Assembly (NCBI GenBank): GCA_965153285.1
Contig: OZ229110.1
DNA from: Podarcis tiliguerta
Taxonomy: Eukaryota
DNA length: 64,000 nucleotides
Strand: one strand, 5' to 3'
Below the pieces are notes generated by a model. That model did not search any database, was not told the origin of the DNA, and worked only from the letters and a program-made list of their open reading frames with translations. Positions within the stretch are counted from its first letter, which is position 1. Every line of letters starts with the position of its first letter. Position numbers and translations under genes: made by a program. Of the stretch, positions 12,812 to 25,180 are shown one piece after another.

Positions 12812-15806
12812 CTGCAATAAAGAACAAACATATGCTAAATTCTTATTTGTGCTTTCAGGTTTCCCTACACTGGCATACTGCCAAAGAAACTAGTTCCCAC
12901 CCAATTGTTTTAATATATGTTCACAAATGCAGCTTAAACCTAGCTAAGGCAGGTATTATGTGTTGAAGGGCTCGCTACAAAGTCTTAAAAAACGAACAGA
13001 AATGAAAACAGAAATGTTGCAAGAAAACGTATCAGTGAAGGGCAGGGAAAAGCAAAAGGCATCCTTTAGCAGCAGCTAGCAGCCATGTATCTTAGCAGGA
13101 CCCACCGGTAGAAACACTTGCCCTAGGATCCAACAGTGGATAGCTACAAGCCACCATATGAAATTTCTCATAGTAGTCTAGAAGATTCTGAACTTTGGTC
13201 TGAACAGGTGCAGAATATAGGGCTTGAGACTGCCCAGAGCCCATGAAACAAGACAGGATACAGAAATTAACGCCACATTGGTTGGACTACTACCTCACCT
13301 CTGCTTATATTTGAATCCAGGTCTGCACAATTTACGAACTTAGACAGAGCCACCAGCCCTGTGTGGTGGTTCTCCAAAGCCTCAATAAACCTATTGATAA
13401 ATTCCTTGGCTTTTTCTCCCCAGGAGTGCCAAAACAAGGAGTTTGTCAGCCTACTAGCAGGCTACAACACTGGACCTGTGTGCTGCATTCAACTACAGTG
13501 GGTCACTTCAGTTATTCAGGCCTGGCTTAGAGATGCAGGCATTTTATTACACTGCTGCACAATTTTATATAAGGTTATCTATTGCCATAAAATAAGTTAT
13601 TAAGTTTAAAATACACTTTTTAATTAAAAAATGCAAACAGTCCATAAAAGATTCATATATAATATTGTTTGTTTTCATTATATGTAAGCCAAATTTTGGA
13701 ATATAAATACAAAAACGTATGTTACAGTATCAGGAGCATACTCTGCATTTTTATGAACAGCTGAGATTTTGGAACATGTTGGGCAACGCATATGCTACAT
13801 AACACACGTTCTTCATGAGCTCCTGAAATTTTTGGAAGCACAGGCTATAGGTACTAATGCATAGATTTGTGTATGTTGGACCATATTTTCAGTACTGAAT
13901 GCCGAAGAAAAAAATGGATCACCCAAAGAACTGTGCCTCAATAAACAGATTGTTGCTCCACTCAGAATCAGGTTGTTGCTCCATAAAGCAATGCAAGGAT
14001 TTTTTGATCATGTTCACATAAATCATCCAGCCTTCTCCCACCCCATGGCACCAAGATTATAGCAAACATCTGGCCTGTTCCCCTTCTCATTCTGTACCTT
14101 ACATATGCACACTGTTCTTGCCAGGATACGTACAAGGAAGGAAGTTATTTTCCCCTGGCTAAAATGTGAATTGGAGATGGCTCCTGTTTACCATCCAAGC
14201 TTCAGATTAGTTTCTCTGAAACAGATCCCAATTTTGGTCATTTCCCCCTCTTGCCGAAGTAGTTTATTCCAATGGAAACAGGCAACAACCAGAAATTGCA
14301 ACTCTGGGCTGACACAGATGTAACAGTGAGGAGGCAGTGAGCCACAGAATTACATGCTCTCTTCCCACAGTCCTTTTCTTTGAACCTTTGACACATGACC
14401 AGGCCTCAGAGGTTGGAAACATTACGTCAAAACTGCACCACAGAAAGACACGTGTGTTTTGCATTGGTGAGCATCTGTTCAAATGTCTTCATCACAATCC
14501 TTCCAGGAGGATTCAGGTTATCGTTTCATTCCTTCCACAGATGGATGGCATGAGATTACTGAACATGAAATGTCCTTACAGCACTTGCTATCTTTTCTGC
14601 CTCAATAAATATCCATCATTTGTTTGGGGGTGTTGTTTTTTAGCTGTACTGTTCCTGCACCTTTCTAGATGAAGAAAGGTTGAGGGAGCAATAGCCCTGA
14701 ACATAAACGAGCACAGAAATAAGGCAGAAGAATTCAAGGACTCTGTATAGGGGCGAAGGAAAGGATAAAATGGCATGCTTTTATTGCTTTATGCTTGTTC
14801 ATATTTCATGCAGTTAATGCATCTATGTGACTATGCCGTGCAATATAGATGTTATCTGTGTGCTTGAATATTTTACATAATGGCAAGGAAAAAATTATGA
14901 AGTCGGTATAAAAAATTATTCAGAAGTCTTACTGAGAGCAGTGGGGCATTGCTTTAAAGAAGGTCTGTGTTCTGGAGCATGACTGGATAGGAGGAAGAAT
15001 TGCCTGGAGAATGGAATGTTATGGTAAGAGGGAAGGGGAATCTATTGGAGGGCAGGACGCTGGGGAAGGAAGGAGCAGTTGGGATATGTCAGCTAAATGG
15101 GTGGAGGCCAGTGTAGAGGGCGGATGAATTTCCTAGATTAGGAAAATGTTCAGGAGATGAGATCTCCTATTCGAAAGGTTCTCCGTAAAAGCAAAGCAAC
15201 AAATAAATTCACACCATAAACCATACTGCACTGATCCAAAAACTTAGTTTGATATTTATTTGTTATTTATACAAATAAACATCTGCTAAATAGTTAATTC
15301 TGAGGTCTCTCTCATACAGTTCACATTCTGAGGCCTTGAACATCTACCTGAAAGCAAAGAATTCATAGGAGGATGGTGACAACTGCAATCTAGATCTGAG
15401 GTTTGGAAGTTAGACCCGTAGAAGAATTTTATCTTGCTGGCAAGAAGTTTCTGTGCATATACAGAGCACTACTGTCAACAAAGGCTTCCATGGCCCAATT
15501 CATACATAAGTGCAACAGTATGGTAGAAATTGACCTGTGGTCTTGTTTTATATACTCTTCTTGGGTAATAATTGTATTGAGGAACCATGTGAGTATGGAC
15601 AATGACATAGTGACTTTCCAAGGCCACATTGTTCTCCAAGGGACCAGGCAACATTTATATGAGAAGGATTTGCACTCATCCCATGGTTCCTCAATATAGA
15701 TGTTACTGGAGAGTCAGTGAGGTGTACCACGGAGAATCAGTTCCCACATCATTGTGGCAACATTTGGTTGTATGCCTCTTACGTCCTTGAGAGGAGGAAG
15801 GGGAGG

Positions 15807-15975
15807 CAGTGGCCTAGCGTGCGGGGTGCAGGGGGGGCCGGCCGCACCGGGCGCAACATCTGGGGGTTAGGGTTAGGGGGCGCAAATCCACGGGTTAGGG
15901 GGCGCAAATCCACGGTTTAGGGGGCGCAAATTACTTGCCTTGCCCCGGGTGCTGACAACCCACGCTACGCCACTG
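15807..15975. mobile_element. Young hAT-superfamily MITE, 169 bp
   Basis: TIR CAGTGGCCTAGCGTG / CACGCTACGCCACTG. Perfect 8-bp TSD AGGGGAGG (15799-15806 and 15976-15983). CpG-rich, with internal tandem (ttagggggcgcaaatccacgg) units. Confidence 0.93.
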
Positions 15976-17175
15976 AGGGGAGGTTCTAGGTACATAAAAA
16001 GGATGCACGACTGGAAATGGGTTTCTCCTTCTGAAATGAATAGAGAGGCCCACTTCTATAAAAACTGCAAGTAAAATAGTTATTAATTAAAACTTGCAAG
16101 AACACAAGAGTCAGAATTAACAAGTAGAGTTGTAAAACAAATGCAAAAAGAATTTGGTGGACTGAATGAAGGAAAATAAACTGAGTTTGAATCCTGGCAA
16201 GTCAGAGGCTCCATGCGTGACTGGTTCCTGTGCCCAAGAAATTATCTGCCCTGGATGGGATTGTACTCTCTCTGACAGAGCAGGCTATAGTTCTTAGATT
16301 TAGCAGAAGATCAACAGAATCAGTTTGCCCTCCCTCCCTCCAAAAATCATTCTCTCAGTTAAAGTCACTTTCATCATCTAGCTATTCAAATTTTAGGTGT
16401 TTCAAATTTCACTATATTTGCTGAGCTGTGCTGTACTAGAGGGAGGATGGAGAAGGTGGTGATGGCAAAGACTGCCTAGGCATGAACCAGAGGGAAGAAG
16501 CTTTCTCTCTATTCAGCCACACCACTAGGGAGCCAACCAAGCATGCGGGTTCATTCTCGGACTTGGCATGGTGGTGCCAACTAATTGGGACCAGCATGCT
16601 ACTGCAGACATGCTGTGCCAGCAGAACAACAGAGTTGGACGCACATTGGCAGCAAATCCAGACTTATCTCTATCTGAGAGTTTCTCATCTACTTTAGGAA
16701 CCGTGGTGCAAGTGGAAACAGGGAACACACCAGAACTAATTTTTCTACAGGTTTTCTACAGGTTTATCCCTGCTCCTCACTGAGTAGCAAACTCTTCAGA
16801 AAGCAACTTCATGCCTAGCAGTTTCTCTTGGTTTTATTCATTTTGCTAAACACATCCATTTTTGGATAAGCAATGTCATCATGTAATAAATATCTATTAG
16901 TATTGCTGAAATGTCAGCTTTAATTTTCTTGAGTTAATGGGTAATTGAAATTGTATATCATTCACCACAATGGTTTGTAGATTCCAAAATTATTCTTTTC
17001 ACTGTTTAACCAACCTTCCCCCAAATCTTTAGTTCTCTTCACCCTATTAATATATTGAGGCATCTGCAGCCCTAAGTACTTACCCTCCAAAAAACATGCA
17101 TTACATTTTGATTAATGAAATCTGAAGTAAAGAACTACATCAATAAATTGTAAATTCTGTAATACAATTGCTTAC

Positions 17176-17250
17176 CGTTTGCTCCAGTGGGCTGATGAAC
17201 TCAGAAAGTGTTAAATTGTGTTGGGAATGATTCCTTCTATGACGGGATAT
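17176..17250 (-). CDS. ARHGAP15: ARHGAP15 coding exon, 75 nt (ISRHRRNHSQHNLTLSEFISPLEQT)
   Basis: Acceptor cattttcag|ATA; donor ACG|gtaag; phase 0/0. Contains the ARHGAP15 motif ISRHRRNHSQH. Confidence 0.96.
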
Positions 17251-20200
17251 CTGAAAATGCATTCATTTACAAGTTAGAACCTGCTAGCATCAAATCAAAC
17301 AATGCTGAACAAGGAAGGGTCGATTGAAAGTAACTTAACAGAACATACGCAGTTTGCTCTGCGCTAAGTGCTAAGAATCTGCATGCTAATAACACTGACA
17401 CGCAGCCTTCTTTATTTATAACATTTTATCCCTCGCTACCTCTAGTAATAATAATTCCGTGTTTAATGTGCCTGCTCAGTAACCCTTTCAATAACTCTTT
17501 AAAGTCGGTCGGTATTGTTTTGAGATAGTCAAATACCTCTCAGTTCAAGTCATAGATGGACTCTGAAAACATTTCTGAAAAGGTTGGACAATCGGTTATT
17601 TCCAAGCCAAGTTACAAGCTTTGTTAAATGCAATTGCTCTCCCAATTGCCACTGAGAGAAAAGCATCATTCCCAGCCCCGTTATCTCCTAGCTTTCCCCC
17701 AACTTCATCACCTCCACTACATTTTACCTGCCTGCAATGTTGGCAGCTGTGACAGCAGCAGGTAGGTTCTTCTTCCTTCCCTAGTGCTACATATATGAAT
17801 TCCTGCTATGGGAGCTCTCATGTAATTTAGCACCTTCTTTTCTATTTGTGGATTATGCTCCCCCCCCCAAAAAAAGAGCTTACCATATGTATTTAAAATA
17901 TGTCAATGAAATTTAAGGAAAGAGGGAAAGAATCAGAGGTGCTTTGCTCTAAGTTATTTATTAATACATGTACATCTTTCACTTCTCTTCCATGGCACAG
18001 GTCCTGGCTTCCCATCCAGGCACTGATCTGCCTGAAGGGTGGAGGTGATGCTACCTCCTTATCATTTTATGTAAGTGAACCAAAATAAGAAACTATTTCT
18101 TGGTAGATTTTAATTGTGCTTTGTTTTAAAAGGAACCACAGTTTGCCATGCGGGACTGAAACACATAACTAAATGTGTTATTTTTATCTAAAACAGAAAT
18201 AATCAGTAAATTTTGACTGGTTTTTTAACTAGGCTCCCTGTCTTCTTTCATAGTAAAACACAGTTAACAAGAAGCCATAATATATGCTGTTTATATGTAA
18301 ATGTCGGACTCTACAAAATGTTCATAATTAATCCAGAGGGCCTCCCTCAAAATATACTTTAAAATATTATGATCCCATATTTTACGGCACACACTGCTTT
18401 CATGTTTATTTGTAAGCACTAACGTTTTAAGCCCTGAAACCTACATCTTAGAAAGTGCTCTACTCTCCCAGTGATAGCTAATGAGCTTAATGAATTACCC
18501 ATTCTAAATTTAATACCAACGTTTCACAGAGAAAACAGATAAAACAGTCTCTGTGATTCAAAAGTTTCGCTGACCTATTTATGAGGAATATCACTTAACA
18601 ATTTCATTAGAAATGAGTAACAGCTGGTGACATGGCTGTGTCCTAAAGTGTTTTTCTCTCTTAATATTCTGCATCTTAAGCAATCGAGCCTTCATAAGAA
18701 ATACTTTCGTTAGTGGCAGTCCCTCCTTTGGGGAGAAAAAAATGTCAGACCACATTTTCTGTATTTTGCAATCTTGTTTTCAGGAGTGTCATGCTCCCGT
18801 TTTATTAGCATGTAGGGTAAACAAGAATGATTTGCTGATGCTGTTGAGAGAACTTCTAAGATGTCAGACTTTCCATTTAGATTTTGGATAGAACTTTAAT
18901 ATTAATACAAACTGAGGCATGTGTGTAAATTCAAAATAAATTAGTTCCATTTATCTCCCCTCTCCATATCTTTTAATGTTATACAGATCTGGTGCTAATA
19001 TTCATGCTACAACATCCCTATCTAAACTTCAGGTCTATATCATTTTTATTCTCTCAAAGATCCCCACTCTTAATTATACTTTTACATATAACATAGCAGA
19101 TAAAGTTGTGAGATCATTTCTCTACCCAGAATGAAAGAAAATGACCTCCCAGCATTCCTTGGGGGTCAATAAATGATACTCCATCAGTGATTCAAAGAGA
19201 ATACGTTGGGAGTGATCAAGCTAAAGTGAAGCACTTTAACGCTGCAATTTTAAGCCGAGGGAAAATTGGACGTTCTTCACACACACACACACAGGCGTAT
19301 GTTGTGTATTCTTGATTTCAACAGATAAGTGAAAAGTGAGAAGTGTTATAACATTGTGGGCAGCCCTTAAAAAGGAATATTAGTGACCTCCCTCAAAGAG
19401 CTATCATGAGAATCAATAAAAATTATGCACATATCAATGAAGGAAAAGTACACTATGCTTATATATCAGTGTGTCACCTTTCTAATATAGTATATCCATT
19501 TTAGACAATGTATTGGCACTGCTATGTATAGATGTTGATACTAGACAAAAGAAAGATAGAAAAATGACAATTTCCCACAGACTAATAATCTAATCTGAAG
19601 AATTGTTGGTCTAGCATATGAGTACTTAGGATGAGGCCTGCCAATGTCACTGTGCTAGTGTAATGACCCCAAAATGATATCACACTCATGTTAACAATAA
19701 TGTTGTGCTGTTAACACTCCAAGCAGGTATGATATTTTAAGATTCGGGCATAAGGGATAGTGCATGGTCAAACCCTTGGGATCTCTCCCATTTTCCACCA
19801 CATATTCTAATAATCTCAATCATTTCCACTAAGCTTCAAGTATTAAGAAAGTCTGAGAAACCTTCAGAAGGTTCCTTTTCGGGAAAGCTGGCTTATCAGC
19901 AGTTTTATGATTTGATGAACGTTCTTCAGTCAGCAGCAATGTCACCTGAAGCATTAAAAAGTCCACACACTAAGCGCTTGCAAGTCTATGGGCAAATCTG
20001 GTTTTGTTAAATTCAACCTCAGCAACTTTCCCCTCTTCCCTCCCCCCTCCCCCCAAGTTAGCTAAAGGGTATAACAATACTGCTAGATTTCTCCTAGCAT
20101 CCAGGAATGAAGTCATTGTCAGTTTCTGCAAAGGCAGAATTTCTGCAAAAATATGCCAGTTATCCTGAAGTAAACCAAGGGTTGACAATGTAACTTTATG

Positions 20201-23200
20201 GCAAACAGCTTTGTGATAAGCAAAATGGAACAAATGCATGTAACTTAGGGTTACCAAGAATCAGAACACAACTGCAACATGTTCCAAGAATGAGGGCTAC
20301 CATGGTTATTGGAACAAGGAAGTAGCTCCTAGTGAAAAAGAGTGATATTGCAGTAGAATAATACTGGGTCCTTAAGTAGAACAAGTAAAAGGAAGTTGCT
20401 TTCACTCCTGCTTCAAACTAGAACTTTTAGCCACACATTGTGTAATAAAGAAGCTGGACTGTACATTTACTGTCTGAGTACTATATCACATTCCTTTGTT
20501 TGAATCTGTAAACGTCAGATTTTTTAAAAAACAACAACACAGATCTGTGTTACATTCTCCTTCCTTACGTCTCCTTTTAAGTACACTGCCCTCTGTACAC
20601 AGTTCAGTTCCCTAGTGTGTGTAAGAATAATGATAATGGCTTTGCTTGCCTTGACCCTCAGTTCAGTTATAAATCAAAACCTTATAGACCTTTTAACAGA
20701 GTAAGAGAGCCTTCCTTCATGCTCAAGCCTATGGAGGTACTTCCCTCCCAATCCTGCAAGATATCAATGAAATTTATTATAAACAGTCCCAACTTAATCT
20801 GGATAATGAGCAGTATAATATCTTAAATAAAAGAAAATCAATACGTGTTATTGCACACATATTGCACTGAACCAGAGCCCTGATTTAAGAGTCCTGAACA
20901 ACAAGCATTGCTTGTGAGTAACTCCGCAAGGGATTGAAAACCTTGAGCAGTGGTCCAATATATTTTAGTTAGTGTATACATTCTCACTTGCACCTTCTAT
21001 GCACCTTACTTCATACCATGGATTAATTGGATTACATTGCTTGGAGCACATCTGTATGTAGATGCATGTTACAGCCTTATTGATCTGCTCGCACTGTTAT
21101 GTATGTTAATTGTCCTAGCAAACCTCAGCAGAATCAAGTGCCGGATGTCTAGATCTGACTAGTTTTTCAGAATATTGTGTGACCCTCTGGGTGACTGCAT
21201 GAAAGAAGAACTGCTACCTAATGTGCCATGTCACAATAGCTGAATCAGGGCAATGGCTTACTTTGGTTGCTGTTGCAACTAAAGCCATAAGGTTGGGGGT
21301 ATACATATAGATCAATAGGTTCTTCTATAAGATTGGGTCAACTTATAAAAAGGAGCAAGACATGGTGGATACATTTAATGATCTGGGAACACCTAATGCT
21401 GTGGTGCTTATGTGCTCTGTACTTTCTAAAGGAAAATTAGGGTATAGGTCTGATGATACAGCACATAATTTTTGAAATTCACTTCTGCAAGATGGGATGG
21501 TGGCTAATATCTTAGATGGCCTAAGGGACTGGTCAAATTCAGAGCCCAAGCTTATTGATCACTGAATAATAGCTGGTGGAAGTGGGCAACAGAAAGGAAG
21601 AGCCTATGGTTTTCATGTCCTGCCTGTGGACTTCCTGAAGGGACATGAGAGGCCACTTTGGGGAACAGGATACTAGACTTTATAGGCCAGGGGTCATATT
21701 TTGTTTTTATTATCTTAGTTACAACAAAATGATAAGCTATCTTCTTAGTTCCCTGACTCAATTCATTCCTTTTATGAAACACTGCTATTCTTTTGTCACA
21801 TCCTTCTTGTATGTGGCTTAAAGCAATACACATGAGGTTCTCATTTGGTCTCTGTCACAAGTGTAGGCCCGACCCAAATCTGCTCAGTTACAAATGTGAA
21901 ATTGTATCAGTCATCTTAGAGCCAGGCCATACATTATAGGCAATATGTAGAATCAGCCTGAACCAATCTTCAGAATGGCATAATTACAGTAGTATGTAGA
22001 GCTGCTTACTCTATAGACGTGGCTTACTCTGTCTTATGTTGAGCTTTCCTGCCATTACTAAGAACGTATGGTTGTAGGACATGATTCCTATGCAGCCATT
22101 TCACATGGGAAATTGAGCTACAAGTTATAGGCATGAAACAACTAAACCTAGTGGAAAATGCTGCAAATGAGTTTGCTATGAAAGACATAACATATAAACT
22201 AGTGCATGAACTTATAATCAATCACATCCTAGTTGTACTTGACTTTCTGTTGCTCATGCCTTGAATCTCAGCTTCATTTTCTGATTTTTACAATGATTTT
22301 TTTTAAATTTTCTCATAAAGTTTCCATGGCACTTAGCCAGGTTTATTAGTTGAGTTTTAATAAGCATTAATATAGCATGTTTCAAAATGTTTAACTCATC
22401 TTTTAAAAAACAGGTCACAGTAACTCCCATTTTATAGATAGGTAACGGAAGTTAAAGAACCATCAAGTTCAAAGACCATCAAGAACAGAATATGAAGAGT
22501 GGTTTCCCCAGGTCCAAGTCCAATACCAAAGCTGTTGGCAAAAGCAGCAGCAGTTTTCTCTCCCATTGTGTCCTGTTATATCAAACAATTAGATACTAAT
22601 AAAGTGATCTAGCTAAGGACAACTCATTTGCTGGGCTGAGAACTGCAGGCATAAATTGAAGTACATCCATTGTATTCACATTCTTATGCACACATTCATA
22701 CTTGCATACAACCAGAGCTGCAGAATAGGGCATAACAACATTCCCAGTGTATTTAAAATGACACATTGGAAAATGAGATAGCTCCACCAAAAGGGTGTTT
22801 CAGTTCTGCTGGAATGTTGCCCTTTTTGAAAGTTTTTACCATTCCGGGAGCTGAAGAGTTAACAAGAATGCTACAAACTGCTGGCTAATATCTGCTGAGA
22901 AATGCCCTTGTGTTAGTGGTATTTTTAATACTCCTTGCCCTATATTTATTCCCCTCTAGCGGATGCTTCATTAGTGCTTCTTTTTATCTCGCCTGCCTAA
23001 TTCATTCTCCCAGATTTAAACAAGCCAAAAGCTCACCTTATGCTACTGCAGAAGCAATTTTTATTTTTTGAAGGTTAATCCAACTCAGCAGGATTTAGGG
23101 ATGGCACTCTTCCTTGGTCGTAGGCATGTTGGCTCAGGCCAGACAGCTGTTTGGACACTCTCCATTGGGAATCTTGCCCTCAACACCCACAGTTGATGCA

Positions 23201-24863
23201 CATACATGGTCTACTGGCTGCCTACTTCCATGCCCATCTGTTCAGATGGCATGCTGCCCACTCACAAGTTCGCTGGAACCTTGCCCTTAGTGTGTAGGTG
23301 CCAGGCAATGATGGGTTTAGATGGGCAGCCTGCAAAATATTGTAAGTGATCACTTTTTCTCCTGCAGGAAGTCCTTCCTCTATGCTAACACTGTGTGCTG
23401 TGTTGCAGTTAATCAAAACTGTGCGTACTTAGCATGCCAAGCAAAAAATTGTGATTTCTTATTTAAGATATTTATATACCATCTTTCTGTTGTAAAAGTC
23501 TCAAAGGCGGCATACCATTTCCAAACAAACAAACAAACCAATCTAATACAATGATAAAGCTATAGAAAGGGGAATGCTTTCAATAGTTCTTTCTATCAAT
23601 ATCTCTATTATCACAAAGATGACTGCCTGAAACTAAGGTGATTGTTGGGGGTGGGGGAGGAGAAAGCTGCTAGAATGGAAATCAGACTATAATTTAGATT
23701 ATCATGCAGCCGCAGCTAGCCTCTACACAGGATCAAAATACCCATAAGTCAAAATTATGGCACCAATAAAGAAAGAGCAGTTTATTCACAAAACACACAT
23801 TTTAAATTTAGTCCTGATCAAAATATTTGTAAGTATAAACAACAACAGCAAAAAGTGTCTCATTCAGAGTTGAGTAATTAATTAAAGACGACTGTGGCGT
23901 TTTTAAAGCAGGGCAATATTTTTGTTTCTTTTGCTTTAAATTGAAGAGGCTCTCCTGCTTGTGAAGGTCATGGGATTCCTTCTCAGCATTCGGTTTCATT
24001 TCACGAAGGGGCTTTGGATGCAGGCATATGTTTGTTTTATTATTCCACAGAGAACTGTCTGAGGGCTAAGTTTTCTTTTGTGAAATACATCTTTTTATTA
24101 TAATTTTAAGGTCTAAAGTTTCTTAAAGTACTTCTGAGAACAATATAATAAATGAAAAAAGGGCCAAAAGTAAATTGACAAAAAGCAAACAAGAAAACCC
24201 CAACCTGGGGAATAGCCATTTCTCTATCTCTTCCTCCATTTCCTTGTATGTCACAGGATAGATAAGAAAAACAAATACAGCCAATAAATTAGGAAAGCTG
24301 GAAAGCAAACAAGGTGGATAGTCAATTCATTTCAAATGTGATGATATTGCCTAGTACCTTGATGTTTCTACTGAGACAGCTTGTTCAGACAATGAGCTCA
24401 GCAACAGCATCACATTTGTTTTGTTTTCGTTCCAATTATCTGTGTGTGAAGAAGAGCATGTGGCCCCTTCAGTGGCTTGGACCATAATGAATAAGTGCCT
24501 CAAAACTGTGCGACAAACACCCTTGGATTGTAGTCTTCAACTCAGGGGTAGTCTTAATCAGTTAGGACTGTTTGCACCAGTTGCGCTTCCAAGGGTAAGG
24601 CCATTGGAACAGCAGGTGCAGTCCTCTTCATATCCAAGGTAGCACTCCCAATTATGGCTTTTCTGGGTTTTCTCCACTAAGAATGAATCAAAGGTAGACA
24701 TTTCCTACAGTGATAAATCCTGTGAATGTTGGCTAAAGAAAACTCCAGAACTGACATGCTAGAACAGATGCTTAAAAATAAAACTGCAGATAGATAGGCC
24801 TTGCAGCCTGCTGTTTCAGGTAGGCAAGATGGCTGGAGCTTTTCGTGCTATACAACTTGTGGT

Positions 24864-25180
24864 GAGGCATTCATGTGAACGTACAAGTGCTCAAAGCATG
24901 GGTGAGGGCATACATACAATCCCTGTCTCTTAGTGTGCGGGAGCCTCCTCAGACCACTGGGCCTTTAACATGGTGGTCTGAAGGGAGGTTCAGCACACGT
25001 AGCTGAATGCTTTCAGAAATGGCTCAGTGATTGGGAGCCCTGCCTTAACAGGGCTTAATCACACAAAGATCTAAAGAGGAGCCCACATCCCTGGGGGTGT
25101 TGGGAGTGGAGCTTGCACGTGTACCTCTGCCCCCCCCCTCACAGTTTGAGCATTTGTGTGTTTGGGCCTGAGCATGCCTA
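24864..25180. mobile_element. Degraded MITE with long imperfect terminal inverted repeats
   Basis: Left aggcattcatgtgaacgtacaagtgctcaaagcatgggtgaggg pairs with right ccctcacagtttgagcatttgtgtgtttgggcctgagcatgcct. Confidence 0.5.

Noticed and set aside
15330-15790. Possible L1/Tx1 ORF2 C-terminal relic (CYWR...LWQ)
   Set aside because: Similarity is too weak to support without a profile search.
15862-15925. Interstitial telomeric sequence
   Set aside because: Only a few TTAGGG units, all inside a TSD-bounded hAT MITE.
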